Assembly: GCA_044225505.1 (NCBI GenBank) | Contig: JBGAIN010000004.1 | Coordinates: forward strand, 17,689 to 81,688 | Direction of reading: 5' to 3' | Origin: Limisphaerales bacterium | GTDB lineage: Bacteria; Verrucomicrobiota; Verrucomicrobiia; Limisphaerales; SIBE01 | Length of the DNA: 64,000 bases | Shown: piece by piece, positions 47,363 through 56,201 of the stretch | How positions within the stretch are numbered: the first letter of the stretch is position 1 | How the letters are laid out: each line of letters starts with the position of its first letter | Translations under genes and position numbers: made by a program | Notes under the pieces: model-generated | What the model saw: only the letters and a program-made list of their open reading frames with translations | The model's database searches: none | What the model was told of the DNA's origin: nothing

Positions 47363-48439
47363 CTACTCCGAAAGCATACTCACTAAGTGCGCCGCGATCG
47401 CTTCGGCGTCCGCCCACTCGAGATTGCTCAAGACCGCAACATACACCTTCTCTCTTGGAACTGAGATCACATCCGTTTGAAATCCGCTAATGGAACCCGG
47501 ATGCTCATATCGGACGTGGGACCCGGACTGTTTGCGAAACCAGCCGAAACAGTACTGCCCATTGTTATCCCACCAACCCTTCCTGTAAGTCCCTAAATAC
47601 GGGGTGAACATAGGCTCCAACGCCGCGCTGGGAATTAGGCGCTCGGAGTGGATCGCCGTATCCCATTTGAGCAAGTCCGTGACGGTGGAGTAAAGGGCGC
47701 CCGCGGCGTGCGGTGTGTCCATGGCAAATGGGATGCAGTTGACGACTTGATTCGTGTCCTTGCTGTAGCCGCTGGCCCGGTGTGGTAAGACGACCGATGG
47801 GTGGTCATAGCCAGTTTCGGTCAGACCCAACGGACCAAGAATCCTGGTCTGCAGAAATTGTTCGTACGTTCCACCTGTAACACGCTCGATGATGTAGCCA
47901 AGCAAAACATACCCGGAGTTGGAGTACGCGAACGAAGTGCCAGGGGCGAACTCAAGGGGCTTATCAACAAAGCGCTGAACCGTCGCCTTAACGCTCGTTG
48001 GCTTGCGCTCATACTCAAGGTTGTCCGGAAATTCAGTGAAGCTCGGAATGCCAGAGGTGTGATTGAGGAGCTGCGCAATCGTGATGTCACTCCAAGCTGG
48101 GGGGGAGGCATCAAGATAGGCTGAAATCTTGTCGCTTGTGGCCAGCTTATGATCTTCTTGGAGGAGTAGGATGCACATCGCGGTGAATTGCTTGGTAACG
48201 GAGCCAAGTCGGAACTTCGTCCTTGGCAGATTGAGGACGGCATGCTCTCGGTTTGCCAGGCCGAACCCCTTAGCGAAAACAATCTGTCCGTTGGTGGCCA
48301 CAAGAACAGCTCCCGCGAACTGGTCTCGGGATACAAGGCTCTCCAGGTAGTCCTGTGCTCGAGTCGGGAATGCGTCAGTTGCTGCAGAGACGGAGATGGC
48401 GAGTATAGGAAAGATGAAATACAAGATTCGATATATCAT
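47363..48439 (-). CDS. Secreted serine hydrolase of the beta-lactamase / penicillin-binding (class C-like) fold
   Basis: ORF 47363..48583; the likely ATG is at 48439 (MIYRILYFIFPILAISVSAA signal). Motifs SVTK (S-x-x-K), YSNSGY (Y-x-N) and HPGSISG (KTG-equivalent). Confidence 0.85.
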   Translation of the reverse strand: MIYRILYFIFPILAISVSAATDAFPTRAQDYLESLVSRDQFAGAVLVATNGQIVFAKGFGLANREHAVLNLPRTKFRLGSVTKQFTAMCILLLQEDHKLATSDKISAYLDASPPAWSDITIAQLLNHTSGIPSFTEFPDNLEYERKPTSVKATVQRFVDKPLEFAPGTSFAYSNSGYVLLGYIIERVTGGTYEQFLQTRILGPLGLTETGYDHPSVVLPHRASGYSKDTNQVVNCIPFAMDTPHAAGALYSTVTDLLKWDTAIHSERLIPSAALEPMFTPYLGTYRKGWWDNNGQYCFGWFRKQSGSHVRYEHPGSISGFQTDVISVPREKVYVAVLSNLEWADAEAIAAHLVSMLSE

Positions 48440-48655
48440 ATAAGATTCAAGCAAAGCGGTTGTTCTGAAGAGTACCGATGAAAGCGTCTTGGGCAGCCGA
48501 GGGAAGAAAAGAATCTTGAACAACAGCGTCATCAAGGTCGATACCGGGGCTTCCACCAAAACGCTTGTGAGTAATGGCGTCACCTTGACGATTTGTTTTA
48601 CTGCAACAATCCACGAGATAGTGGCGCCTCATATCTGCCGTCACTTCATCAAAAG

Positions 48656-48686
48656 CCCTTGATCCAACGGTGGATGCGGGTTTTTT
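48656..48686 (+). terminator. Orphan intrinsic-terminator-like hairpin plus T6 in a ~745-bp gene-free gap (weak)
   Basis: AAAAG-CCCTTGATCCA-ACGG-TGGATGCGGG-TTTTTT. The stem is 5 bp (ATCCA/TGGAT) plus a 3-bp GC clamp across a small internal loop. It is flanked by an A-tract and T6, so it could act on either strand. No annotated gene precedes it. Confidence 0.25.
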
Positions 48687-49184
48687 ACCAGTCCCGGTTC
48701 GAACACGGCAAGCGCAAACGGCGGCACTATAGGACCCGGTAATGCACCGAAGTTGGGTTGAATCGCCTTTGTCCGAGGCCCTCGGCGTGACAAGGTCCTG
48801 ACTTTCTGAATTCCGAAATACAGTTGCCTGCCCGTCCCCGCATGCCACGAACGCTCTGGCGGAATCGTGGTCGGCCTACGGCGGCTGGTGTCCGCAAATT
48901 GTGAACCGTTTGTGCGACAAATCGGGCGATTGGCGCCTATTTTGGGAACGGACCGACCCCAAACAGTCGGACGGTGGTGACAAAAAGTCACCAATCCCGT
49001 TCACGAACCGGCTGCCGAGAACTATCTAGGCGGCTTGGCGTCTCGGCGTGGGAAAACGATCCGAACGGGATTACCGGCACTACCTTCCATTCTTCGCGAT
49101 CTTCGTTTGCTTCGTTTATGGAAAATTGGCGACCGGGTCCAACACAGGCTCGCTTGGGCCGGTCAATTCACGCACACTCGCCCG

Positions 49185-50105
49185 GTGCAGCGAGCCCCTG
49201 TAAATCTCGGCACGATCAGCGGTGTCGGAGCGATTGTGCTCTGGAGCACAACGTTCGCCTTCGCCCGGAGCTTGTCCGAACGCGTCGGACCGATGACGGC
49301 GGGGGCGGCCGCTTACCTTTTAGGCGGGGCGTTCTGTCTCGTGCGGGTGGTCCTGACACCAGGTGGATTCAAGCCGTGGCTCCAGTTACGGCGCGATTAT
49401 CTTTTGGGCTGCGGCGCTCTGTTTGCCATTTATCCTGCGGCGATTTACCTGGCGGTCGGGCTGGCGAAGGATCGTGCGCAACTCCTGGAAATTGCACTCG
49501 TCAATTACCTGTGGCCGTCGCTCACCGTGCTTTTGTCGCTCGGGCTGCTGGGAAAACGAGCGACACTTTGGCTCGTTCCAGGAACGGCTTTGGCCTTGGC
49601 GGGCATGTTGCTGGTGATGACGCAAGGGGCGCAGGTGTCTTGGAGCTCGTTTATTGCTCACGTGAGCGACAATCCCGCCGCGTATGGATTGGCGTTAGTC
49701 GGCGCGATTTCGTGGGGCTTCTATTCCAATCTCGCTCGGCGTTGGTCGGAACCCGGGAGCGCCGGCGGGGTGGATCTCTTCATGCCCATCACTGGCGTGA
49801 TTTTGTGGCTACTCCGAATGACCACCCACGAGCGTTCGGACTGGAGTTCCAGTGCTGTGGGAGAAGCGTTTGGACTCGCCGCGTTCACCGCCGTCGCCTA
49901 CACGCTCTGGGACTTTGCCATGCGCAAAGGCAATCTTCTCTTCGTAGCCGCTTGCTCCTATTTCACGCCGCTGCTCTCGACTATCGTCAGTTGTTTATAT
50001 CTCCAGGTCTCGCCGAGCCCAAAGCTCTGGATCGGCTGCGCGTTGCTCGTCGCCGGGTCGCTGATGACGTGGCGGTCCGTCTCCGAGCCGGTTTCGAAAT
50101 CATGA
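49185..50105 (+). CDS. EamA/DMT-family transporter (YddG-like aromatic amino acid exporter type)
   Basis: ORF 49035..50105. The N-terminal 50 codons are Arg-rich and not membrane-like. The in-frame GTG at 49185 gives MQRAPVNLGTISGVGAIVLWSTTFAFARSL, the usual YddG-type start. About 10 TM segments follow. Confidence 0.7.
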   Translation: MQRAPVNLGTISGVGAIVLWSTTFAFARSLSERVGPMTAGAAAYLLGGAFCLVRVVLTPGGFKPWLQLRRDYLLGCGALFAIYPAAIYLAVGLAKDRAQLLEIALVNYLWPSLTVLLSLGLLGKRATLWLVPGTALALAGMLLVMTQGAQVSWSSFIAHVSDNPAAYGLALVGAISWGFYSNLARRWSEPGSAGGVDLFMPITGVILWLLRMTTHERSDWSSSAVGEAFGLAAFTAVAYTLWDFAMRKGNLLFVAACSYFTPLLSTIVSCLYLQVSPSPKLWIGCALLVAGSLMTWRSVSEPVSKS

Positions 50106-50497
50106 AGGGCGCGGGAGCGGGGCATTTTGGCTGCGGGCAGTTAATCTGGGATCAGGCCATCGTTGGCACGCCGAGCTTTTCCGCAGGAAGCCCTGTGCGG
50201 TGCACGAAGCCTCGGAACCTGGCAGCCTGCGCTCCATGTGGACGTTCCTGCGGGTTAAAACCCGCGCTCCGCGGAAATCACTGGCCCCCGGACGACTGTT
50301 GGGATCCGCGCGCCGCGTTAATGACTCGCGCCTCGAATCGAGAACTCTCCAAGGCGGTCAGCCACCACGGACTTGACCGGTTTTTGAGGGTAAGACGAAT
50401 AAATTGCGGTTAATATATCGTGCTGAGATAGTTACGAGAATAGCAGAGCCGTTTTGGATACTGCAACCTTGCGTCGAAGGAACCTCTCCGATCGTCC

Positions 50498-50556
50498 CAC
50501 GCTAAACGCACGCTAAACGCACGCTAAACGCACGCTAAACGCACGCTAAACGCACG
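50498..50556. repeat. Perfect 11-bp tandem array (CACGCTAAACG) x5 plus CACG, upstream of the 50711 gene
   Basis: Read directly: unit starts at 50498, 50509, 50520, 50531 and 50542, with a partial copy at 50553-50556. Confidence 0.95.
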
Positions 50557-50602
50557 TTTTTGTGTGTCGAACGTGAGTTTCGCGTGAATTGGGCGTGTTT
50601 TT
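50531..50602 (+). terminator. Attenuator/terminator-like long imperfect hairpin built from array units and inverted degenerate copies, followed by T5
   Basis: 50531-50559 (CACGCTAAACGCACGCTAAACGCACGTTT) can pair with 50569-50597 (GAACGTGAGTTTCGCGTGAATTGGGCGTG). Helices of 7, 4, 5, 2-3 and 5 bp are separated by 1-2 nt mismatches. The loop is 50560-50568 and TTTTT lies at 50598-50602. This was hand-folded; no energy was computed. Confidence 0.35.
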
Positions 50603-50710
50603 GGACCGAGCCAAGAGCACGCCGTGGCCCAAGCGACGGTTTGATCTCGATCAATGCGGTTCCGATGTTCGTGGCGCAGTATTAGTTACAAGCAACGAAA
50701 GGAGCAGGTT

Positions 50711-51694
50711 ATGTCGGCCAAAATGAATCGGCGTCGGTTTGTTAAAGGATCTCTCATCGGCTCCGCTGCCGCAGCATGCAGTGCCATGGTCGTCAGCGAG
50801 TCGCGGCCCGCGGTTGCGGCCGAGGGAGGCAGTAATTCGACCGACGGGGCAGCGTTGGCGCGGGGCAAGATTGGCAAACTGCAGGTGAGTCGCCTGATCT
50901 TGGGAGGCAATCTGCTGACGCATTACACCCATAGCCGTGACCTTAAGTACGTCTATTCCCTGGCTGCCCGCTATAATACCGACGAGAAGATCATGGAGAC
51001 TCTGGCGTTGGCCGAAGCCCAGGGCATCAACACATTGTCGATGCACAATCCGCCCCACCCCATCTCTGTGCTCCGGCGCTATCGCAAAGAGCGAGGAGGC
51101 AAGATCCAATGGATCATTTGCCCCACCGCACCGGTGGAACCTGGATTAGAGAAATACCGGCAGCATGTTGAAGAATTGATCAAGGATGGGTGCGAAGCGA
51201 TTTACTTGTGGGGAGTGCATGCGGACAGTCTGGTGGCGCAGAACAAGATCGACCTGATCGCGCAAGCGGTGGAATTGCCGAAACAGTTTGGGGTGCCATC
51301 CGGGGTGGGAGGTCACGCCCTCGATGTGGTCAAAGCGTGTGAAGAGCATGCAATTCCCGCGGACTTCTATATCAAGACTTTCCATCATCATAGTTACCCC
51401 ACTGGGCCGCGCCCGGAACAAATCACGGGTGCTTACAACGAGTTCCCGGGATATTGGTGTGCCAACCCCAAGGAAACGGTCGATTTCATGAAAACAGTGC
51501 AAAAGCCTTGGATCGCGTTCAAAACGATGGCCGCCGGCGCCATTCCTCCCAAGCAAGCATTCCGCTATGCGTTTTCCAGCGGGGCCGATTTTGTGTTGGC
51601 AGGAATGTTCGATTTCGAGATCGCGGAGGACGTGCAAATCGTGAAGGAATCATTGACGACCTCCAAGGAACGCGGGCGCCCGTGGCTTGCCTGA
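50711..51694 (+). CDS. TAT-exported protein of unknown function (paralog B of the 17615 family)
   Basis: ORF 50654..51694. The ATG at 50711 is preceded by AAGGAG. Twin-arginine signal MSAKMNRRRFVKGSLIGSAAAACSAM. Blocks shared with paralog A: R[LM][IL]GGNLL..Y.HSRDL.YV, RYNT.E[RK]I..TL.LAE..GI, KPWIAFK..AAGAI.P..AF..AF..GADF.L.GMFD. Confidence 0.8.
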   Translation: MSAKMNRRRFVKGSLIGSAAAACSAMVVSESRPAVAAEGGSNSTDGAALARGKIGKLQVSRLILGGNLLTHYTHSRDLKYVYSLAARYNTDEKIMETLALAEAQGINTLSMHNPPHPISVLRRYRKERGGKIQWIICPTAPVEPGLEKYRQHVEELIKDGCEAIYLWGVHADSLVAQNKIDLIAQAVELPKQFGVPSGVGGHALDVVKACEEHAIPADFYIKTFHHHSYPTGPRPEQITGAYNEFPGYWCANPKETVDFMKTVQKPWIAFKTMAAGAIPPKQAFRYAFSSGADFVLAGMFDFEIAEDVQIVKESLTTSKERGRPWLA

Positions 51695-51704
51695 ATCTAA
51701 GTCT

Positions 51705-52568
51705 ATGAAACTCTCCCATTGGGTCTGCGTCGCGGCGTGCTGGCTTCCCGTGGTCCTGGCTGCGGACCTCCCAGCGCCAACTGCGCGTCAAAGCTGGCCT
51801 TTCTTCCCGTTTTGCATCGACTGGCACGACGCCAAGAAGAGGACATTCGAGGAGCAAGCGGCCATGCTCAAAGAGTTGGGATACGACGGCGTAGGACATA
51901 TCTGGTTGGACAAGGTGGAAGAACGGATTCGAAGCCTGGACGCAGCTGGCTTGCGCCTCTTTCAAATCACGATGACGGTGGATTTAACCCCGGGCAAGCC
52001 GCCCTACGCCAGCCAGTTCAAAGACGTGCTTAGCCTGGTGAAAGGCCGAGGCGTCCAGTTCTGTTTACTGATCAACGGGGCGAAACCTTCGGATACGACT
52101 GCGGACGAACGGGCCGTGGTTCTGCTGCGTGAAATGGCCACCGCTGCCGAAGCGGCAGGAGCTCAAATCATTCTCTACCCGCACGTCGGCAATTGGGTGG
52201 AGAGAATTGAGGACGCGATCCGCGTGGCCCCCCTGGTGGATCGCAAGAATGTCGGGGTTATGTTCAATCTGTGCCACTGGCTGCGCGTCGATCCGCAGCG
52301 AGATTATGAACACTTGCTCAAAGCCGCGAAACCATGGCTGCTCGCGGTTTCGTTGAATGGCGCCGACCCGATGGACGAGAAACCGGGCTGGGATCACTAC
52401 ATTCAACCTTTGGATAAAGGCTCTTTTGACCTGGCCGCATTTCTCCGCACGCTTCGCGACGTGGGGTTCCAAGGTCCGATTGGCCTGCAATGCTACGGGA
52501 TTGGCGGCGACACGCGCGAACATTTAGCGCGGTCTATGGCCGTCTGGCGACGGTTGACGAATCCGTAA
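51705..52568 (+). CDS. Secreted xylose-isomerase-like TIM-barrel protein (sugar phosphate isomerase/epimerase family)
   Basis: ORF 51687..52568. The ATG at 51705 (MKLSHWVCVAACWLPVVLAADLP signal) is 8 nt after the upstream stop. Family-like blocks: GYDGVGHIWL, ILYPHVGNWVE, VGVMFNLCHWLRV, GFQGPIGLQCY. Confidence 0.7.
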   Translation: MKLSHWVCVAACWLPVVLAADLPAPTARQSWPFFPFCIDWHDAKKRTFEEQAAMLKELGYDGVGHIWLDKVEERIRSLDAAGLRLFQITMTVDLTPGKPPYASQFKDVLSLVKGRGVQFCLLINGAKPSDTTADERAVVLLREMATAAEAAGAQIILYPHVGNWVERIEDAIRVAPLVDRKNVGVMFNLCHWLRVDPQRDYEHLLKAAKPWLLAVSLNGADPMDEKPGWDHYIQPLDKGSFDLAAFLRTLRDVGFQGPIGLQCYGIGGDTREHLARSMAVWRRLTNP

Positions 52569-52662
52569 AGCCGCGCTCTCATTCCCGACTTACGGAGCGA
52601 GCTGGTGTGCGCAACGCCTGGCGCAGACGTCCCGTATTCGGCACACCCGATCTGTGCGGCTG

Positions 52663-55600
52663 TTAAAACTCGGCCCGGAGCGTCACTAATCCACGACTCG
52701 GAATTGAGACGGAGCTCTCCGCAGGAGCCCCGGCTTTTTCACTCGTATCACTCAGGAACAGTGCTTTGGGCGATCGTTCTCCCCAAATCAGGGACGCCTC
52801 CGCGGGGCTCGAACTGGCATTGAACAAGCGGACGATGCGCGCCTTCCCGTCGTCGGAGGGTTTGAAGGCGCTCACCTGAACCTCGGGCGGACTCACCTGC
52901 AGCACGGGCATTGGCAAGCGATTGCGTCCGTTGGACGGGGTCACGAGCAATGGCTGGCTGAGACCCGTCGCGAGTCGGCAGGCGTCCGCTGGGTCAAAGC
53001 GGAGGTGTGGGCGCAGAATGAATCGGAAACGTGTCAGGCCCTCCTGGTAAGCGCGGTAGTTCGTGCCCCAATGATTGTTCATGGCCCAGGAATAGACTTT
53101 CTGAGTCGGCTGGATCTGCTTGCGCCAGACGTCCGGATCGGTCTGAGAATTGAGCAGGTTTGCGGTCAAGCCTCCGAGTTGAATCAAAGGCGCGTCCAAA
53201 CTGACCCAGGTGACACCCATGCTAGAGCTGGAAACATCCGCCCACCGACCGATGGTCAGCCAGTTCTTACAGGCACTCGGCATTTGATCGACTTCGGGAC
53301 GCATCCATCCCAAGGGAAGGTCCAAGGTCACTTCGCCGTTGGGAACGAGGAACGGGAATCCGAAATTGACGCTCTCTTTCCCTTCCTTGGCATGATAGCT
53401 GGACGCCTGGATCCTGGCCTTATCCACGAGATTCTCGACCTCCACAAAGTCCATACCCGCAGTAAGACGAATCTCGCGGCGCAACCGATGGCATCCTGGC
53501 GCTTCTGATTCCACGATGAGCGACGCCACAAGCGGCCCACGTTCGCCGACCACGATTTTAGCGGGCCCAGAGCGTTTCAGACCGTTCAAATCATCTCCTG
53601 GCAAATAGAGGTATTCGTTCAAACCTTGGCCACTGCTGGAATCGACCAGGTTCTCCGCGATCCCCTGGGCGCGCAGTTCAATAATATTACCGGTCATGGG
53701 ATCCAGCCGGATCTGAAGGATGCCGTTGTCCAGAACCTCCCCGTCCGCACGACTGGCTGACTCTTGCAGCGGTGTGCCCGGCACGACGCGGAATGATCGG
53801 CCGCTCAGAGTCGGGACATCCCGGGCGAGAAAGGCGAGGCGCCCATCCGCTAGACGCTGTGAAGGCACCGGCTGCTCCGAGGCGTCGACGACGCGGTCTC
53901 CAGCCACGGAAAGTTCCGCGGAAACCGTGACGACGTCGGTCCTGGGCCAAGACGTGGTGTTCAACACTTCGACCCAATCATCTTGTTGAGTGCCAGAGCC
54001 CAACGCGTGAGTCAGAAGGAACTGGGATTGTTGATCCGCAGCGCGAGCGTAACCTTGCTTGATATCCCATTGTTCCTGGGTCTTCTGACTTTCTGGGCGG
54101 CTGATGCTGCAATCCGCACCCCAGGTGTGCTCAGAATAAAGCAGCACTTGATTCCAGGCGTCGCGGAAGGCCGCCGCTGGGTAATTCTCCGGCTGCAGCA
54201 TGGCATAGAGACTGGAAGCTTGCACCAGGCGATCGGAACTCTGGCGATTAAGCGCCGTCTCCAGCGCGGACGAACCGGCGCCGTCCTCCCAGTACGGAGT
54301 CCAATCCCCGCGCACGGTCGGTAACGAGGCTCCGTAACGCTTTTCCAAGGCGGCGAACGCCTGGCTCGTGCCTGAAATCACAAAGTGCGGCCAAACATAC
54401 TTCGCATTCCAATCCCGAATAAAATCACATATCGAAGGATCGGGCACCGCATTGTCGCCATGGCCGCTCCATCGGGCGTAGGCAATTTCATAAGGATAGC
54501 CGCGCTTTTCCAAACCATCGTAGAAGTCTTCGACCAATTGCGGAGACATGGTGAGGTAACGGTGAGACATGGCATACCCCCAAAATGGGATCCACACGAG
54601 CACTTTGCTCTGCCCATCGGGGCCCACCCACCAAAACGGTTTGTTCTCCCATTCCCGCAAGATCGTTCCAATACGATCGAAGTAATTGGGAGCCGTAGAA
54701 AAGTATTTGATGCCTGCATGCGCCATGGCCGTCACGGTCCCCCAGGTGTATCCTGGAACGTCGGAAATCATCACCGAATCGATGGGTTTTCCGGTGTCCT
54801 TGGCCAATTGGGTGGCATACCGAAAGAGCTGCACCAACTCTTCGGGCCGACAAAGGCCGGTTAACTCATTCAGGTACATCCCGCAGAGGCTGACCTGGCC
54901 ACTCTTGACCGCTTGCAGAAAGTCGGCGCGCTGGGCAGAGTTCAGGCGTCGGAGATAAAGATCCGCAGCCCACGCCACTTCGACATTCCAGACAAAACGG
55001 GATCCAACCGGGTAGCTCGCAGTACGTTTGGCATGGGCCATGCCTTCGATGAGGTTCTGCACCTGCTTCTTTTCGATATCCGTTTGGATTTCTGTATATC
55101 CGATATCCGTATGGGAATGCGGCAGGATATAGACCGTCAATGGCCGCACTGGCTTCCTGGCGATCTGAATCTCCGTGATGGGCTTGCCCTCGATCTCCAA
55201 CGAGGCAGGGATGGTGCTGTTCGTCGCGGCTGCTGGCAATTTCACTTCGACCAGGTTGGACCCCGGTTTGAGCGTAACCGCGATCGGTTTCAATTCGGCG
55301 ACTCGGAGAACGGCGTCGATGCTCTGAGCATAAAAGTGCGACACAGTGAATCGGATAGGTTGAAGCCCGCCAGCCCCACCTCGCTCCAAGAACGGTGTCG
55401 GATGGGCTTCCAATCGGTCTTTCGACGGCGTCTCTTCAGCCGAACCTGCCGCGAGAAACCCGATCTCAGCGGCGCCAACGGTTGCATATCCCTTGGGGCC
55501 CAACGCTGTCACTCGCCATCGCACGGACCGCGCCGAGATGGGCGCGGCCAACACCTGGAACGTCTCGCGCGAGGACGCTTCACTGTGAGACACGACCACG

Positions 55601-55959
55601 TTGCCTACCGCTTGGCCAGCCTCGTCCCTAAAGACAAGCTCGGACGCTGCGACCGTCGCGGGATCATTGCGATCGACAAACTGAAACGCCCCCACCGCGG
55701 TCACAGCAGGAAACTCCAGCTCGATAAAGGTGTTCGTGCCTTTTCCGTTGGAGGCGTATTCGGTGCGGCGCTGTCCGTCAATGGCGGCAGATGCCTCATA
55801 ACTGCCACCGGGGTACGGCTCCGACGAACGCACCACTCGCACCCCGGTGACGGGCGTCAACGGGACAAACTCACCGTGGCTTACGCAGACCGAAAACAGC
55901 AGGACAGCCAGCCCTAACCCTCGGCGCGAGGATGAGGAAAAATCAGCAGGTCGGATCAT
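52663..55959 (-). CDS. Secreted GH38 alpha-mannosidase with an N-terminal galactose-binding-like (discoidin-type) domain
   Basis: 1098-aa ORF with a signal peptide. GH38 N-terminal catalytic signature VYILPHSHTDIGYT. Overall length and architecture are typical of bacterial GH38. Confidence 0.85.
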   Translation of the reverse strand: MIRPADFSSSSRRGLGLAVLLFSVCVSHGEFVPLTPVTGVRVVRSSEPYPGGSYEASAAIDGQRRTEYASNGKGTNTFIELEFPAVTAVGAFQFVDRNDPATVAASELVFRDEAGQAVGNVVVSHSEASSRETFQVLAAPISARSVRWRVTALGPKGYATVGAAEIGFLAAGSAEETPSKDRLEAHPTPFLERGGAGGLQPIRFTVSHFYAQSIDAVLRVAELKPIAVTLKPGSNLVEVKLPAAATNSTIPASLEIEGKPITEIQIARKPVRPLTVYILPHSHTDIGYTEIQTDIEKKQVQNLIEGMAHAKRTASYPVGSRFVWNVEVAWAADLYLRRLNSAQRADFLQAVKSGQVSLCGMYLNELTGLCRPEELVQLFRYATQLAKDTGKPIDSVMISDVPGYTWGTVTAMAHAGIKYFSTAPNYFDRIGTILREWENKPFWWVGPDGQSKVLVWIPFWGYAMSHRYLTMSPQLVEDFYDGLEKRGYPYEIAYARWSGHGDNAVPDPSICDFIRDWNAKYVWPHFVISGTSQAFAALEKRYGASLPTVRGDWTPYWEDGAGSSALETALNRQSSDRLVQASSLYAMLQPENYPAAAFRDAWNQVLLYSEHTWGADCSISRPESQKTQEQWDIKQGYARAADQQSQFLLTHALGSGTQQDDWVEVLNTTSWPRTDVVTVSAELSVAGDRVVDASEQPVPSQRLADGRLAFLARDVPTLSGRSFRVVPGTPLQESASRADGEVLDNGILQIRLDPMTGNIIELRAQGIAENLVDSSSGQGLNEYLYLPGDDLNGLKRSGPAKIVVGERGPLVASLIVESEAPGCHRLRREIRLTAGMDFVEVENLVDKARIQASSYHAKEGKESVNFGFPFLVPNGEVTLDLPLGWMRPEVDQMPSACKNWLTIGRWADVSSSSMGVTWVSLDAPLIQLGGLTANLLNSQTDPDVWRKQIQPTQKVYSWAMNNHWGTNYRAYQEGLTRFRFILRPHLRFDPADACRLATGLSQPLLVTPSNGRNRLPMPVLQVSPPEVQVSAFKPSDDGKARIVRLFNASSSPAEASLIWGERSPKALFLSDTSEKAGAPAESSVSIPSRGLVTLRAEF

Positions 55960-56201
55960 AGGGTGGTTCCTTTTCGCAGTTTACTCGGTGTTTAGCAAGG
56001 CTAAGGAAGAGTCCCGGGTGGTTAAGCCAACCAACTCCTGCCCTGGATCACCACAAACTGCGTGGAGCCTTGACGCGAGTCAAATGCAAGCGGCCTTAGA
56101 TCCCGCATTCTTTGAATGAGCGGCAGCGAGGCTAGGCTATGGCCACCTGCCGATCACGGCCTCAAGGCTTAACGGAATGCCGTAACACAATATAAAAGCC
56201 C

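Noticed and set aside
47363-48439. Beta-lactamase-fold gene looks somewhat AT-richer than its neighbours, raising the possibility of horizontal transfer
   Set aside because: This is only an impression by eye. I could not compute composition or codon statistics, and there are no flanking mobility genes, repeats or tRNA.
48694-48708. tRNA T-loop-like GGTTCGAAC in the gene-free gap
   Set aside because: The flanking sequence cannot form the T-stem, acceptor stem or anticodon arm.
48974-50413. 479-aa plus-strand ORF overlapping the EamA/YddG gene in another frame
   Set aside because: The product is Arg/Gly/Cys-rich, the kind of composition typical of an off-frame reading of a GC-rich membrane-protein gene. 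The 49185..50105 frame gives a convincing 10-TM transporter.
50498-50556. The 11-bp arrays (here and at 11908..11971) as CRISPR arrays
   Set aside because: The units abut directly with no spacers, 11 bp is far too short for CRISPR repeats, and there are no cas genes.
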